A DNA stretch of 64,000 bases from Candidatus Bathyarchaeota archaeon (lineage in GTDB: Archaea; Thermoproteota; Bathyarchaeia; 40CM-2-53-6), in NCBI GenBank assembly GCA_963833125.1, contig CAWHWX010000007.1, forward strand, positions 1 to 64,000, given 5' to 3'. The number at the start of each line of letters is the position of its first letter. Within the stretch, counting starts at the first letter, position 1. Under the pieces are notes generated by a model. That model worked only from the letters and a program-made list of their open reading frames with translations, did not search any database and was not told the DNA's origin. Shown piece after piece: positions 1-10,392 of this stretch. Made by a program: the position numbers and the translations under genes.

Positions 1-8
1 GACAGGAT

Positions 9-797
9 CTAGCCGCGGTAGTCGCGGGCCCGCGTGAATATCGCGTCGGTCATGTCACCGGTCACCCGGCCGGTGAACGTGTTCTGCTGGCTCGGGTGGT
101 AGCAGCCGATGAGCAGCACGCGAACCGCCGGCGGCCGGCAGCCCACCTCACGCCGTGCCGAACGCGGACGCGGCCGCGGCAGCCGAAGCCCGCGGCGGCC
201 AGCACGGGCCACAGCGCCTGCCAGGCGAAGCCGCCGAGGCACGACGATCACGCGCAGGCTCGCGGCGACCATGCGCAGCTCCGCCGTCAAGCCAGGGCGC
301 GCAGGTGTCGCGTTCGCCGGGTGTCGGCTTGTTTTCCGGCGGCGCGCAGCGACCGCCGCGACCATCCGCGCGCCGATCAGCCGCTGCCCGTCCCCGGCCG
401 GACGCTCGTCGGCTGCGCGGCGAGCCCGCACCGGTACAGCGACGCGAACAGGAAGTCGCCGCTGCGGTCGCCGGTGAAGACCCGCCCGGTCTGTTGCCGC
501 CGTGTGCCGCGGGGCCAGCCCGACGATGAGGACCGACGGCGCCGGGTCCCCCGCCGGCGATGGGCGGCCCCAGTACTGCTCGGTGGCGAAGGACTTGCGG
601 CGCACGCCGCGACCTCTTCCCGCCAGGCGACGAGGCGCGGGCACGCCCGGCACACCGATTGCCGCGCGGTCAGCTCCGCCAGCGTCGGGGCGCCGGACGC
701 CAGCTCGCGCACCGCTCCGCGCTGTCGCGACCGGGGTCGCCGCGGTCGCCGGGTCGCCAGGCCAGCCGGTGCCCGGCGCTACGGGACCAGCGACCAT
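9..797 (-). CDS. udgB: Uracil-DNA glycosylase family 5 (UdgB-like), actinobacterial type, frameshifted
   Basis: Motifs spread over several frames: [67 protein letters not shown]; very high GC. Confidence 0.85.
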   Translation of the reverse strand: MVAGPVAPGTGWPGDPATAATPVATARSGARAGVRRPDAGGADRAAIGVPGVPAPRRLAGRGRGVRRKSFATEQYWGRPSPAGDPAPSVLIVGLAPRHTAATDRAGLHRRPQRRLPVRVAVPVRARRAADERPAGDGQRLIGARMVAAVAARRRKTSRHPANATPARPGLTAELRMVAASLRVIVVPRRLRLAGAVARAGRRGLRLPRPRPRSARREVGCRPPAVRVLLIGCYHPSQQNTFTGRVTGDMTDAIFTRARDYRG

Positions 798-1417
798 GCG
801 ATGCCGTCGAGAATGTCGTGCTCGCTGACCAGGACTTCGGCGAAACCGAACCTGATCATGATCCGGTCAAGCACCAGGGCGCCCGCGCCGATCACGTCGA
901 CCCGGCCAGGGTGCATGACCCCGATCGCCGCGCGCTCGGCGCGGGTCTGCCCGAGCAGCGCCGTCGCGATCTGGTCGCCCCGCGCCGCCGGGACCCTGGA
1001 GTGATGGATCAGCTCCGAGTCGTACCGCTGGAGGCCGAGCGCGATCCCGCCGACCGTGGTGACCGACCCGGCCAGGCCTACGAGGGTGCGGGCCTGCCCG
1101 GCCGGGATGCTGGCGGCAACTAGGTGGAGGCACAGTCGATGTCTGCGGTGGCGGCGGCGATCTCGGCGTGCGGCGGCGGGTCGCCGTGCAGGTGCCGCTC
1201 GGTCATCCTGACGCAGCCGATATTCACGGAACGGGCCCGCTACTCCCTCGGGCCCGCCGAGGACGAACTCCGTTGAGCCGCCCCCGATGTCGGTGACCAG
1301 GTAGGGCGCCGGGGTGCCGGTCAGTTCCCACGTCGCGCCGGTGAAGGACAGCCCGGGCCTCTTCGTCGCCGGTTACCACCTCCGGCGCAACACCGAGGAC
1401 CCCTTTCACCCGGCCGA
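779..1417 (-). CDS. Ppx/GppA exopolyphosphatase, C-terminal part only, frameshifted, cut at the junction
   Basis: GVAPEVVTGDEEAR, NIGCVRMTERHLHGDPP and terminal [13 protein letters not shown] read on the minus strand across frames. Confidence 0.8.
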
Positions 1418-1854
1418 GAGACAACGACAAGCTTCGCATGAAATTTCCTTATGGCACTTGGAAGTTTGTCTATGATAATACATGCGAGTTGATGGTGAGT
1501 GAATGCCCTGCTCACGTGTAACCTTTCAAGGACCTTCTCTGTGTCGAGGCCTTGCTCAACCGAACTGTCAGATATAGCGTAGGGGTCGAAATTGTTGCCT
1601 CCGTCGACGAATAAAACATCACAATTCGGACCTAGAGGTCGCGGAAGGAGCGCACGCACGCAGAGTAACGTACACATTGCGTGAGCTGGTTTGCCTTGAA
1701 ACGCAATAAGCTGACCGAAATTAAGGCACAAGGCATTGTCTAAAGCTTCAACCCCGAAGGTTAAGTCAGGTTGCAGCGGCACTTGCTCGCCTATGAGAAA
1801 CCTGTCAACTTTGACGAAATCTTGAACGGCTAACGCAGAAGTAAATTGGACCAT
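1418..1854 (-). CDS. RadB/RecA-fold accessory protein with degenerate Walker A, 3'-truncated at the junction
   Basis: VLFVDGGNNFDPYAI...LERLHVSRAFTHHQL is typical of archaeal Rad51-like paralogues; the frame runs into foreign DNA after KLVVVS. Confidence 0.65.
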
Positions 1855-2043
1855 AGCTTGCCGTAAACAATGCAACCGCATAATCAACGAGGGTGTTTAA
1901 TGTTTCGGGGAGGGTCGGTGGTGAATGAAAGTGAGGGAGGGATCTCGCTTCGGCTGCGTTCCCGCCTATCCCGCGCAGAGTCCGTTCCACGCAAAAGAAA
2001 AGAAGAAAAGGCGTGTGTAGATGGTCTTCGATGGGTGGTCTTG

Positions 2044-2550
2044 ATGATTGATTCGACATTTCTCGTAAATCTTGTAGTCGCGAGTTCAGCAATCGTAGCC
2101 TTGCTACTTAACGCATATGTTGCTTGGGCGAATACTCGTGACAAAAAAGTGGAGTTACTTGGAAGCATTCGGGGATTCGTTGCTGAACTCAGCATGAGAT
2201 CGCTGTATTTCGACGTCATCACGCAACCCACTAAACCTCAGATACTAGATTTCCAAAAAACCTCCGAAGACATGGCGAATCGTATTGCAAAGAGGGTTGG
2301 GAGAGCGGGCGCATTCATTGGCAGTTCATACGAACCAGTTAGAAAACTAGCGGCAAACCTGTACGAGCTAAGTCAGCTGCCTGTCAGAGATCCGCCAGAC
2401 ACCGGGGATAGAGAGAAGTTCAATACGCTTCTCAATAATGCTCGCGCCCAGGGCCACGAGGTTCAAAGAAAGATGGGAGAGGACATTGAGAAACGTTTCA
2501 GATTGCACCACGTCATCACGGACGTCATTAAGAGAATACTCGACCCCTAA
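2044..2550 (+). CDS. Hypothetical protein with N-terminal transmembrane helix
   Basis: Open frame; hydrophobic FLVNLVVASSAIVALLLNAYVAW followed by a helical soluble domain. Confidence 0.55.
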   Translation: MIDSTFLVNLVVASSAIVALLLNAYVAWANTRDKKVELLGSIRGFVAELSMRSLYFDVITQPTKPQILDFQKTSEDMANRIAKRVGRAGAFIGSSYEPVRKLAANLYELSQLPVRDPPDTGDREKFNTLLNNARAQGHEVQRKMGEDIEKRFRLHHVITDVIKRILDP

Positions 2551-2689
2551 CTAAGGCAACTCATGAAATGTGGAGACGCCACCCTTTGCATAGCATAACG
2601 AACGTTGATTGTGAAACCAGATAATTCCAGTACGAACATTGAGCCATGGCTGTGAGTGGTTAGTGAAAATGCGTATGAGCAGGATATTG

Positions 2690-3349
2690 CTAGGAGATTA
2701 TCTGACCTAAGATCTCCTTGTGCTGCCGCTCATCGATCGTACCTAAGTTCAGAAGTTTGTCGGCTATGCGTCGCATCGTTGTGAATGAGTGAAGTTTCAC
2801 TCGTTTCTTCTGCAAGCTTTCTCCTGCGCCTTGCTGCCTATCGAGCAAGACCACGGCGTCATCCACTATTCCCCCTTCAGCTCTAATCGCTTCAGCTGCC
2901 TCAATGAGGCTTTTGCCAGTCGTAACTACATCATCCAAAACCAACACCCTGTCGCCTGGCTGCAAGAGGCCTTCAACCCGCCTTTCGCGGCCATGCTCCT
3001 GTTCCTTGCGGACGTAGAGCAAGGGTTTGCTTAAGTTAAGTGCTATCACAGCTGCATAGGCTTCAGCAGTTGTTATACCCGCCAAACGTTGAACATGCTT
3101 GACCAGGCCAGGCTCAATAACGCTGCGATACATGCCGATTGTTTGCTGGAATGCCTCCGGATAACTGGGTATCAAACGAAGGTCTACATAGTATGGAGTA
3201 AGCAGGCCGCTCGTCAGTTTAAAGGTGCCAAATTTGAGGCTTCCCGTCCGAAGCAGAATATTACAGAATTCGTCTAGCCCAGTTCCGATCGGCAATACCT
3301 CCTTAGGCCCACTATCCGCTGAGCTTACAAGTTTATTCTTTTCCGCGAT
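2690..3349 (-). CDS. pyrE: Orotate phosphoribosyltransferase
   Basis: FGTFKLTSG, YYVDLR, YVRKE..HG and the PRPP-binding motif VLVLDDVVTTGKS; start uncertain. Confidence 0.92.
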   Translation of the reverse strand: MAEKNKLVSSADSGPKEVLPIGTGLDEFCNILLRTGSLKFGTFKLTSGLLTPYYVDLRLIPSYPEAFQQTIGMYRSVIEPGLVKHVQRLAGITTAEAYAAVIALNLSKPLLYVRKEQEHGRERRVEGLLQPGDRVLVLDDVVTTGKSLIEAAEAIRAEGGIVDDAVVLLDRQQGAGESLQKKRVKLHSFTTMRRIADKLLNLGTIDERQHKEILGQIIS

Positions 3350-3449
3350 CATCCCAAAGCAGAAGTAGAAGGCGCATGCCCGGGAACATCTCAAGAAAGG
3401 GATATCAGCCTCTCAAGTTTTTACCATTCGACTTGTATCGTAGCAGTCA

Positions 3450-4664
3450 GTGCTTGTAAGATTGGTCGAAATATGGCTCCCATACGGGCGCTCAGAAATA
3501 CCTGTAAGGGTTCCTGAAGAGAAGTTAGTCGACATCCTCAAAGCAGAGAGCCCGCACCTGCTAGAGGAACCAGTAGCAGTGGCAGAAAAGCAACTTCAGA
3601 CGAATGAAAGATTCCAAGACGCAGCGAGTAAAGCAACTAGGCCAATCGTTGTGCTTGGGTCGTGCGGCAGCCAACAACTTGCCACCGACTTGACTCAAAC
3701 CCTGCTCACACATCTATCTCATTCACAGAGCACGACCGCAATCCTTTGTACTCAGGACGCGATCGAACCCAATCCAAGCGTAATTGGCGACGTCAAAATC
3801 CTGAAGCACACGAGCAAGTCCGAGACAACCCCACTTACCGACTTCCATGGTGCCTTCACCCCCAACATCGATTCGGAATTCCTCAAATCAGATCTCAGAA
3901 TCCTAATTGGCGAATTTAGGCCACATCATTTCCTCGGATACTCAGGGCTAAGCGACCTGGTCTTTCCGAATCTCGCAGCTGACACTTCAGTTCATAGCCA
4001 TCTGGCGGATAGACCAGGGATCACTCTTGCCAACATTCATAAAGAGCGCGTGGAAATCGCGAAGTCAATCCCCAATCTGTTCGCACTAGGCGTTGTCCTT
4101 GATAGTGAGCTTCGTCCCACAGGCATGGCCTTCGGAGGCATCGAAGACTGCCTACAAACTCTCACTCCCATGGTGGATGAGCTGTATTCGAGGCCAATTA
4201 CAAAGCGAGCTGATATTGTCGTGATTGGAGCGGGGGGATCACCATTTGACGAGTCACTTCTCAAAGCGGTTGAGGCCTTTCCCGCAGGCATTAGCGCTTT
4301 GAAGAAGGGAGGAACTCTAATCGTGGCTGCAGAATGTGGCAAAGGGCACGGTAATACAGAGTTCTACGAATGGTCATCAGAACACAAGGAACCTCGGCAC
4401 CTCGAGACTCGATTACGCCACCGCTTCAATTACAATGGCTTCAAAGCCTCATTCCTGGGCAGGGCGTTGGAGGCGCACAGAGTTTGTTTAGTCTCAACGA
4501 TCCCTGACTACTACGTGGAGAACATATTCCAGATGAAATCTGCGACCACTGTCAATGCGGCGTTACATAACGCACAACGAACGCAAGGTTCTGACTCGAC
4601 AATCACCGTCATTCCCAACGCCTCCAGAGTTGTTCCGAAACTCCCCGAACCAGCAAAACAATAG
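3450..4664 (+). CDS. LarA/lactate racemase-family (DUF2088) protein, catalytic motifs degenerate
   Basis: LPYG N-terminus, PHHFLGYSG, ADIVVIGAGGSPFD, LKKGGTLIVAAECGKGHG, VIPNA. Confidence 0.8.
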   Translation: MLVRLVEIWLPYGRSEIPVRVPEEKLVDILKAESPHLLEEPVAVAEKQLQTNERFQDAASKATRPIVVLGSCGSQQLATDLTQTLLTHLSHSQSTTAILCTQDAIEPNPSVIGDVKILKHTSKSETTPLTDFHGAFTPNIDSEFLKSDLRILIGEFRPHHFLGYSGLSDLVFPNLAADTSVHSHLADRPGITLANIHKERVEIAKSIPNLFALGVVLDSELRPTGMAFGGIEDCLQTLTPMVDELYSRPITKRADIVVIGAGGSPFDESLLKAVEAFPAGISALKKGGTLIVAAECGKGHGNTEFYEWSSEHKEPRHLETRLRHRFNYNGFKASFLGRALEAHRVCLVSTIPDYYVENIFQMKSATTVNAALHNAQRTQGSDSTITVIPNASRVVPKLPEPAKQ

Positions 4665-4736
4665 CGGGCGTACGTCTGGATGAAGCGTCACTCGGCGCTG
4701 ATCAAGCCGCCTAGCAAAGATTGAAGTGAAATCCAC

Positions 4737-5915
4737 ATGGGGACACCAGGACGATGGGCCTACGCTCTCCTCCTTCTCAACCTAATCTCGATTGCTTCGC
4801 CGCTACCGCAAACTAACGCTACATTCAAAGTCGGTGCGTGGGGAGACGACTCCTCGCGAAACAATTTAGGCGTTCAGGCACAAATCGAGACTCATCTCTA
4901 TGATTCACTTCCGGGCACACTCCAATATTTCTGGGTCGGAGATGATTTGGCAGATGGCTCGTTCATTCAATTTGGATACTCCCTAGAACCTGGAACATAT
5001 TGCCTCAAAGGAGCATCTATAAGTGGAAAGTTCACCTGTACCGGGTCAACAGAGCTGATCCAGAGCGACGATGCTCGGTGGCAATGGCAGTATTGGCCGA
5101 ATCGATTCAAATCCGACTACTACTACGAAATAGGGCCTTCAGGTTCTGCGGGAAACAATGAAACGTGGCATCTCTACACAATTAGCCCAAACCTTTCAAA
5201 TTCGTGGAGCTTCACTTTGGATGGGCAAGTTGTTTCAAACTCAAGTTTTTCCGTTAGCCATTCGGCTGATCCTGCTCTCATAATCGCAGAAGGAAGCGCC
5301 ACTCCAAACGCCTCCATGCCACTAGGTCCAGTGAAATTCGGTCATTTATCCTACTTCGATGGCGTGCAGTGGAACGAAGTTAATTCATTGGTCGCACTCA
5401 GCTATTGCGGAGTAAGCGTGGCGTGCTTTGCGAATTCCTATGGAGCAACCGCCATTGGCCCTAACCTGCTTCTTGCCGGTTCGAATGTGCCAAAATCCGA
5501 AGACGGGTCACTACTGTGGACTAGTGGATACGTTCGGCTCGATATCGAGGTACATTCAGGAGTGCAATTTTTCGTAACCTCTGCTCTTGGAACAAACGGG
5601 TACATGGACAACGCACAAATCGGCATTCCTAAGGGAATGTTCGCTTATGTGGCGATTTCAGATACGGTTGTGGGTACTCCTGGAGTGTTGGGGTTGATAG
5701 GCGGGCAAGACCGGTTTCAAGAATGGTCCGGGGCTGTAAGCTCGAGAAATCTTACGGTCCAGGTTCTAATGGACTCAAACAAGACCATCACCGCCAATTG
5801 GCAAACAGATGCAACAATCCCGTTAATCGTCATGATCATCGTAATGTTCACAATTACCACGATCGTAATAGGGGCAGTCCGGAAGCGATTACGGGGGACG
5901 AATCCGAAGGTTTAG
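4737..5915 (+). CDS. Secreted, C-terminally membrane-anchored protein; possible G1/neprosin-like glutamic peptidase domain
   Basis: Signal peptide; FWVGDD...FIQFG and IIAEG motifs; C-terminal TM followed by RKRLR. Confidence 0.6.
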   Translation: MGTPGRWAYALLLLNLISIASPLPQTNATFKVGAWGDDSSRNNLGVQAQIETHLYDSLPGTLQYFWVGDDLADGSFIQFGYSLEPGTYCLKGASISGKFTCTGSTELIQSDDARWQWQYWPNRFKSDYYYEIGPSGSAGNNETWHLYTISPNLSNSWSFTLDGQVVSNSSFSVSHSADPALIIAEGSATPNASMPLGPVKFGHLSYFDGVQWNEVNSLVALSYCGVSVACFANSYGATAIGPNLLLAGSNVPKSEDGSLLWTSGYVRLDIEVHSGVQFFVTSALGTNGYMDNAQIGIPKGMFAYVAISDTVVGTPGVLGLIGGQDRFQEWSGAVSSRNLTVQVLMDSNKTITANWQTDATIPLIVMIIVMFTITTIVIGAVRKRLRGTNPKV

Positions 5916-6107
5916 CTTCCTACATGACTTTCTGTCCAAGTCCTTATGACTTCTCGCGCTACTCTCGGAGGCGAACGTGGAAAGAACAGTTTCCTCAGGA
6001 TTATTAACCCATATCGGATGCCGGAGATCCCAGCCTCATCCTGGCTGAGTTTTTGTGGAATCAGATATATCATCGTGAATCACGGCATAAGATGAGGGCA
6101 CGCCCGC

Positions 6108-7555
6108 ATGGCACTGAAGCAACTGGCGTTGATTCTTTTAGTCGGGTTAATCGGAGGAAACGTTCCGGTTGCAATCGCTTTCGCAACACCGCGTAGCAAC
6201 CAATTCACCCTTGGGCCCATAGGGACTCGTGATTGTTCAGTTCAATCACAAACCAACGTCACGGCCCCTACTATCATCATGTGCTCTATTACACCAAGTG
6301 ACAATGCATTCGCCGACAACCTCATTCCTTCGAAGGCTTTCGGCGGATCAGGCGTTCTGATTGTACAAAACATTCCTAGCATACCTATTTCGAAGAACTA
6401 CGCATTTCTCAAGTTTGATATGTTGAACAACCTACCCGCGCAATTAACACAGACAGACGCCAGGCCCGCTAACGCAAGCCTAGGGATGTACGTTCGGTTG
6501 ACGAATTTTTTCTACAATGCGACCGTAGAGGTACACAATGTTTCAGCCGAGAATTGGACCGAAAATACTCTTACGTGGAATAACATGCCACCATTCGATG
6601 CGAACAACTTTGCTTCGTCAAACATCAGACAAAATGGCACATGGGCACGCTGGAACATTGCGAGTCTCGTTCAGCGAAGCTTCAACTCTAGCGGCCAGGT
6701 TGCTTTTGCCGCTGTTTCTTCAGAAACTAGTTGGAGGAACCTCGTTTGGTTCGATTCCAAAGAGTACCCTTTCTTGAATGGATCGACAGCTCCAACTTTC
6801 GAGATGGTGTTTGTCGAACCATACTTGACTATTGAGACACCCTATCCAAACATCTCGATCTCGGTGGGAGGCAGGGTAATTGCTACTGACGCAAATGGGA
6901 CTGCACAAGTGTTGCTCCCGTGGGGAAACTATTCCATCTCCGTTCCGGAAACTATTCCCATAAGCAACGGTACAAGGGCCGGTTTCGTCGACTGGAGTGA
7001 TCAAGGCAACAGCTCTACACGGCTGGTGACTGTCGGTAATAACCTGACACTCAGGGCCAATTACCAGTATCCAGCATGAACTAGAGGTATACTCGCCCTT
7101 CGGAATCGTAACTGGTGGAGGATGGTACTTTGAAAATACCGACGCGACGATCTCAGTCACTCCAACCTCTGTTCCACTTGAGGGATATATGGGCTGGCTC
7201 GGCGGTCGAGATGTTTTCGATCACTGGTCAGGCGCCTGCGATACCACGACACCGCAATGCGAAGTATTGATAGACGCCCCGAAAAGTGCAGTTGCAGTGT
7301 GGAGAGTTGATTGGACTACTTTCGATAGCTCTCGCCATTATTATCGCGACCGCAATAGCATCTATGGCCATCATAAACAAAAGGAGGCAACATGTTAGCA
7401 GATCTTCCAGGAAGCCAAGGAAAAGGACCCGCCGAATCAGTGACCGCCGCTATTATTATGAAGGCCGAAAGCGTTCCCGCATTACCAATGATTTTGAGAG
7501 AAGCCGATTACCAGAGTTGCCATTTCATTGCAAGCGCGTGATTTCGAAATCGTAA
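6108..7555 (+). CDS. Surface protein with DNRLRE/CBM96-like domain, beta-repeat and C-terminal TM; frameshifted
   Basis: YAFLKFD, WTENTLTWNNMP and FDSKE..P motifs; continues in the 7189 and 7286 frames to a TM and basic tail; exact end uncertain. Confidence 0.65.
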
Positions 7556-8728
7556 TTTACAGTTTGATTCTCCTCGCCCTACTACTCAACGTGCCTAATG
7601 TTAGAGCCCAAACGACTACGATTACAGGAGTCACATACACCGCTACCGCACTCTACGATATTGATACACAAACCACGAATCCTCCCCTCGTACTCAACGC
7701 TACCGTGAGTTATGCAGATGCTAAGGCGGGCTACTACTTGTTGGTTGGCGTCTTTAACTTGGACGACGGCAACCTCGTAAGCGGGTTAGGCAGTTCGAGC
7801 CCTCAGTCTTGCGCCACTACCGCTCAGTTTGCTGGATGCGTCATATCCCTAACCAATGCTGCAGGCTCGGAGAGGATGCAGTTCCTGCTTACCCATCCCA
7901 AAGGAGTTTGGAACCTAGCTTTAGAGGCGGGAATGTTGGACAATAAACAAAATCTCGTCTCCACCTCCTTTAGCGACTACACTTTCACAATGACCGTGCA
8001 TAGTGCCCTTACCTTAGAGGTAGACGTGCCGAATGGTGTGGCGGTTTCCGTTGACGGAGCTAACGGAACCGGGGGAAGCGTACAACTCGTTCTTGCTGCC
8101 GGAAGCCACATGGTTAGCGTACCGGAAATCGTGCAGATCAACGGAGATACAAGAATTGAATTTAGAAATTGGTCTGATGGTTCCACGGCCACTAACCGAA
8201 CCGTATCATTGAATCACGATATCACCCTTCATGCGAATTACGTTACTCAGTACAGATTGCAAGTGATCAGCCCTGTCAGTCTGGAGGGCGGGGGCTGGTA
8301 CGATACTGGTTCGAACGTGGTGTTATCGATTCCGTCACCGATCCAGCCGATGAGCGGGGTTCTTGGAGTACTGGGTGGCAAAGTGGGTTTTCGAAGGGTG
8401 GAGTGAAGACGGCCATGGAATATCTGGATCTACAACTGACCAAGTAACCATGAATTCTCCTCACACTATTGAAGTTATTTGGAATGCTGACTATAGGCTA
8501 CCACTGTCAATCATTGCAACCCTTGTGATCCTGTCTCTGGCTATCCTCTATTCTAGGCGGCGATCTCGCAAACGGAAACGCCTGAAAAGTCGCAGGTCGC
8601 ACAGGAACGCTTCATCCAAGCGCGGAGGAGTAAGGCCTCCGCCTTCGACGCCGCCGGGGCAATTGAGTTTCAAGCGTGTGTCGGTCAAGATTCCAGAGTT
8701 AAGTGGAGTTTTCGTAATTGAAAGATAA
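7528..8728 (+). CDS. Surface protein with beta-sandwich repeats and C-terminal TM; frameshifted near 8385
   Basis: Signal peptide; FRNWSDG, QYRLQVISP..GGGWY; second frame supplies VFEGWSED, a TM and RRRSRKRKR. Confidence 0.65.
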
Positions 8729-8789
8729 CTCATACGTTTCGTGGGGTCTTTCCTAGAGAATAGGGCGAGTTATTTGCTAAGTTGAAAAT

Positions 8790-9365
8790 TCAGCTGTTCT
8801 GAGGCCGCTTGATTCCTCGGATGGCTTCCTCTGCCATCTGTTCCCGTCTTTCTACTATCTCATCGTAGTAAATCGTCACTAATCCTATGGGTAGGAGACC
8901 GAAAGCGTAGATCGTGAGGCTTCTTAATCCGTAAAATGGTGACCAAACAGACGTCACATAGAAGGTATACGTGCTATTGTAGCTGGTGATCGTGAGTAGG
9001 TATGGGCCGGACCTATCTGCTTTTGTAAAGACAGAAAGGCCCTTTTCGTCGGGGCTGAAAATAACGCTGACGAGCGAAGGCGCAACTATGCTCTGTCGCA
9101 ACTCATCGTAGTAAGCAAGAACGACGGTCGTTGCTCCTTCTCGGTCGCTCAGCACAGTTAGACTGATAGGTTGACCGGCATCGATAGGAGGTATGAAGTA
9201 CGACTTGATCCAATATGGACGGGACGGCGTGAACTCTATTCCAGGCCCGATCCCATCGAGCCTCTGTGGTGACTTGTAATAGGGCATTACCGTTCCGACG
9301 AAGAGGAATATCAGACCGAGAGTAAATAGAACGATTCCCGCAACTTTCGCTTTTCGCACATGCAA
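8790..9365 (-). CDS. Hypothetical membrane protein (two TMs flanking an extracellular domain)
   Basis: Intact ORF 9 bp downstream of oppF; hydrophobic termini. Confidence 0.6.
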   Translation of the reverse strand: MHVRKAKVAGIVLFTLGLIFLFVGTVMPYYKSPQRLDGIGPGIEFTPSRPYWIKSYFIPPIDAGQPISLTVLSDREGATTVVLAYYDELRQSIVAPSLVSVIFSPDEKGLSVFTKADRSGPYLLTITSYNSTYTFYVTSVWSPFYGLRSLTIYAFGLLPIGLVTIYYDEIVERREQMAEEAIRGIKRPQNS

Positions 9366-9374
9366 CCTTCTAGC

Positions 9375-10391
9375 CTAAACGAATTTGTCGGCATGATGGC
9401 AGGCTACGAAGTGCCCTTGAACTAACCTATCCTCGAATGTTGGAGCCGTTTGCTTGCAAATATCGGTAGCATGCGGACAACGCGGGTGGAATCTGCAGGC
9501 TTGCGGTGGGTTGATGGGGCTTGGAACTTCACCTGGAAGAATAAGTCGGGTTGTCTTGTGGTCAACGTCGGGGACGGGAACCGCTGAAATCAGTGCCTGC
9601 GTGTATGGATGTAATGGTCTGTCGAAGATTTCGTCCGCTCGCGCTAGCTCTACGATTTCTCCGAGGTACATTACGGCGACTCGTTGGCTAATCTGACGCA
9701 CGGAGCTGAGGTCGTGCGAGATGTAAAGGTAGGATAGGTGCTTCTTGTTTTGTAGGTCTATGAGCAGGTTTAGGATTTGAGCCCTGATCGAAACATCTAA
9801 CGACGAGACCGGCTCATCTAGGATTACGAATTTCGGATCAACCGCCAATGCGCGTGCGATCGCGATTCTTTGCCTTTGCCCTCCACTGAATTCGTGGGGG
9901 TAACGTTCCGCATGATATTCCTCGAGGTTCACCATTCTAAGTAGTTCGTAAACGCGATCAGTCCATTGGTTCTTCGGTATATTCCTATGAATAACGAAAG
10001 CTTCGCTGATAATGTCGTACACAGTCATACGTGGGTCGAGCGAATTGTAAGGGTTCTGAAAAACCATCTGCATTTTGCGTCTGAGTAGTTTTCGATCTGT
10101 TTGATTCCCTTTTTCGAAGGTTTCGAAAACATTCATGCCGTCGAAGAATACAGATCCCGAAGTTGGTTTCTCGAGGTAAAGAATCACCTTTCCGGTGGTC
10201 GTCTTCCCGCAACCACTCTCGCCCACTAGCCCGAGCGTTTCGCCTCCTGAGATCCGAAACGACACATTGTCGACGGCGTGCACGTCCCCGATCTTCTTCT
10301 TTCGTAAAATTCCACGCTCTAGAACGTCGAAATACTCTACGAGGGAATTTACTTCCAGGACCGTGCGTCCTTCGTCCGCTGTCGTTTGCAT
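9375..10391 (-). CDS. oppF: Oligopeptide ABC transporter ATP-binding protein
   Basis: GESGCGKTT, FSGGQRQRI, LDEP, HPYT, CRFHPRC. Confidence 0.93.
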   Translation of the reverse strand: MQTTADEGRTVLEVNSLVEYFDVLERGILRKKKIGDVHAVDNVSFRISGGETLGLVGESGCGKTTTGKVILYLEKPTSGSVFFDGMNVFETFEKGNQTDRKLLRRKMQMVFQNPYNSLDPRMTVYDIISEAFVIHRNIPKNQWTDRVYELLRMVNLEEYHAERYPHEFSGGQRQRIAIARALAVDPKFVILDEPVSSLDVSIRAQILNLLIDLQNKKHLSYLYISHDLSSVRQISQRVAVMYLGEIVELARADEIFDRPLHPYTQALISAVPVPDVDHKTTRLILPGEVPSPINPPQACRFHPRCPHATDICKQTAPTFEDRLVQGHFVACHHADKFV

Positions 10392-10392
10392 C

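Noticed and set aside
96-1123. Long plus-strand ORFs in the GC-rich segment
   Set aside because: Arg/Ala/Pro-rich shadow frames antisense to udgB and ppx
1-1417. Horizontal transfer of actinobacterial udgB/ppx into an archaeon
   Set aside because: Genes are broken on both sides, there is no mobility signature, and the segment is at the window edge; a chimera is more parsimonious
4678-4702. AUGAAGC-11 nt-CUGA as a third C/D sRNA
   Set aside because: Only one box pair, no terminal stem and no recognisable target
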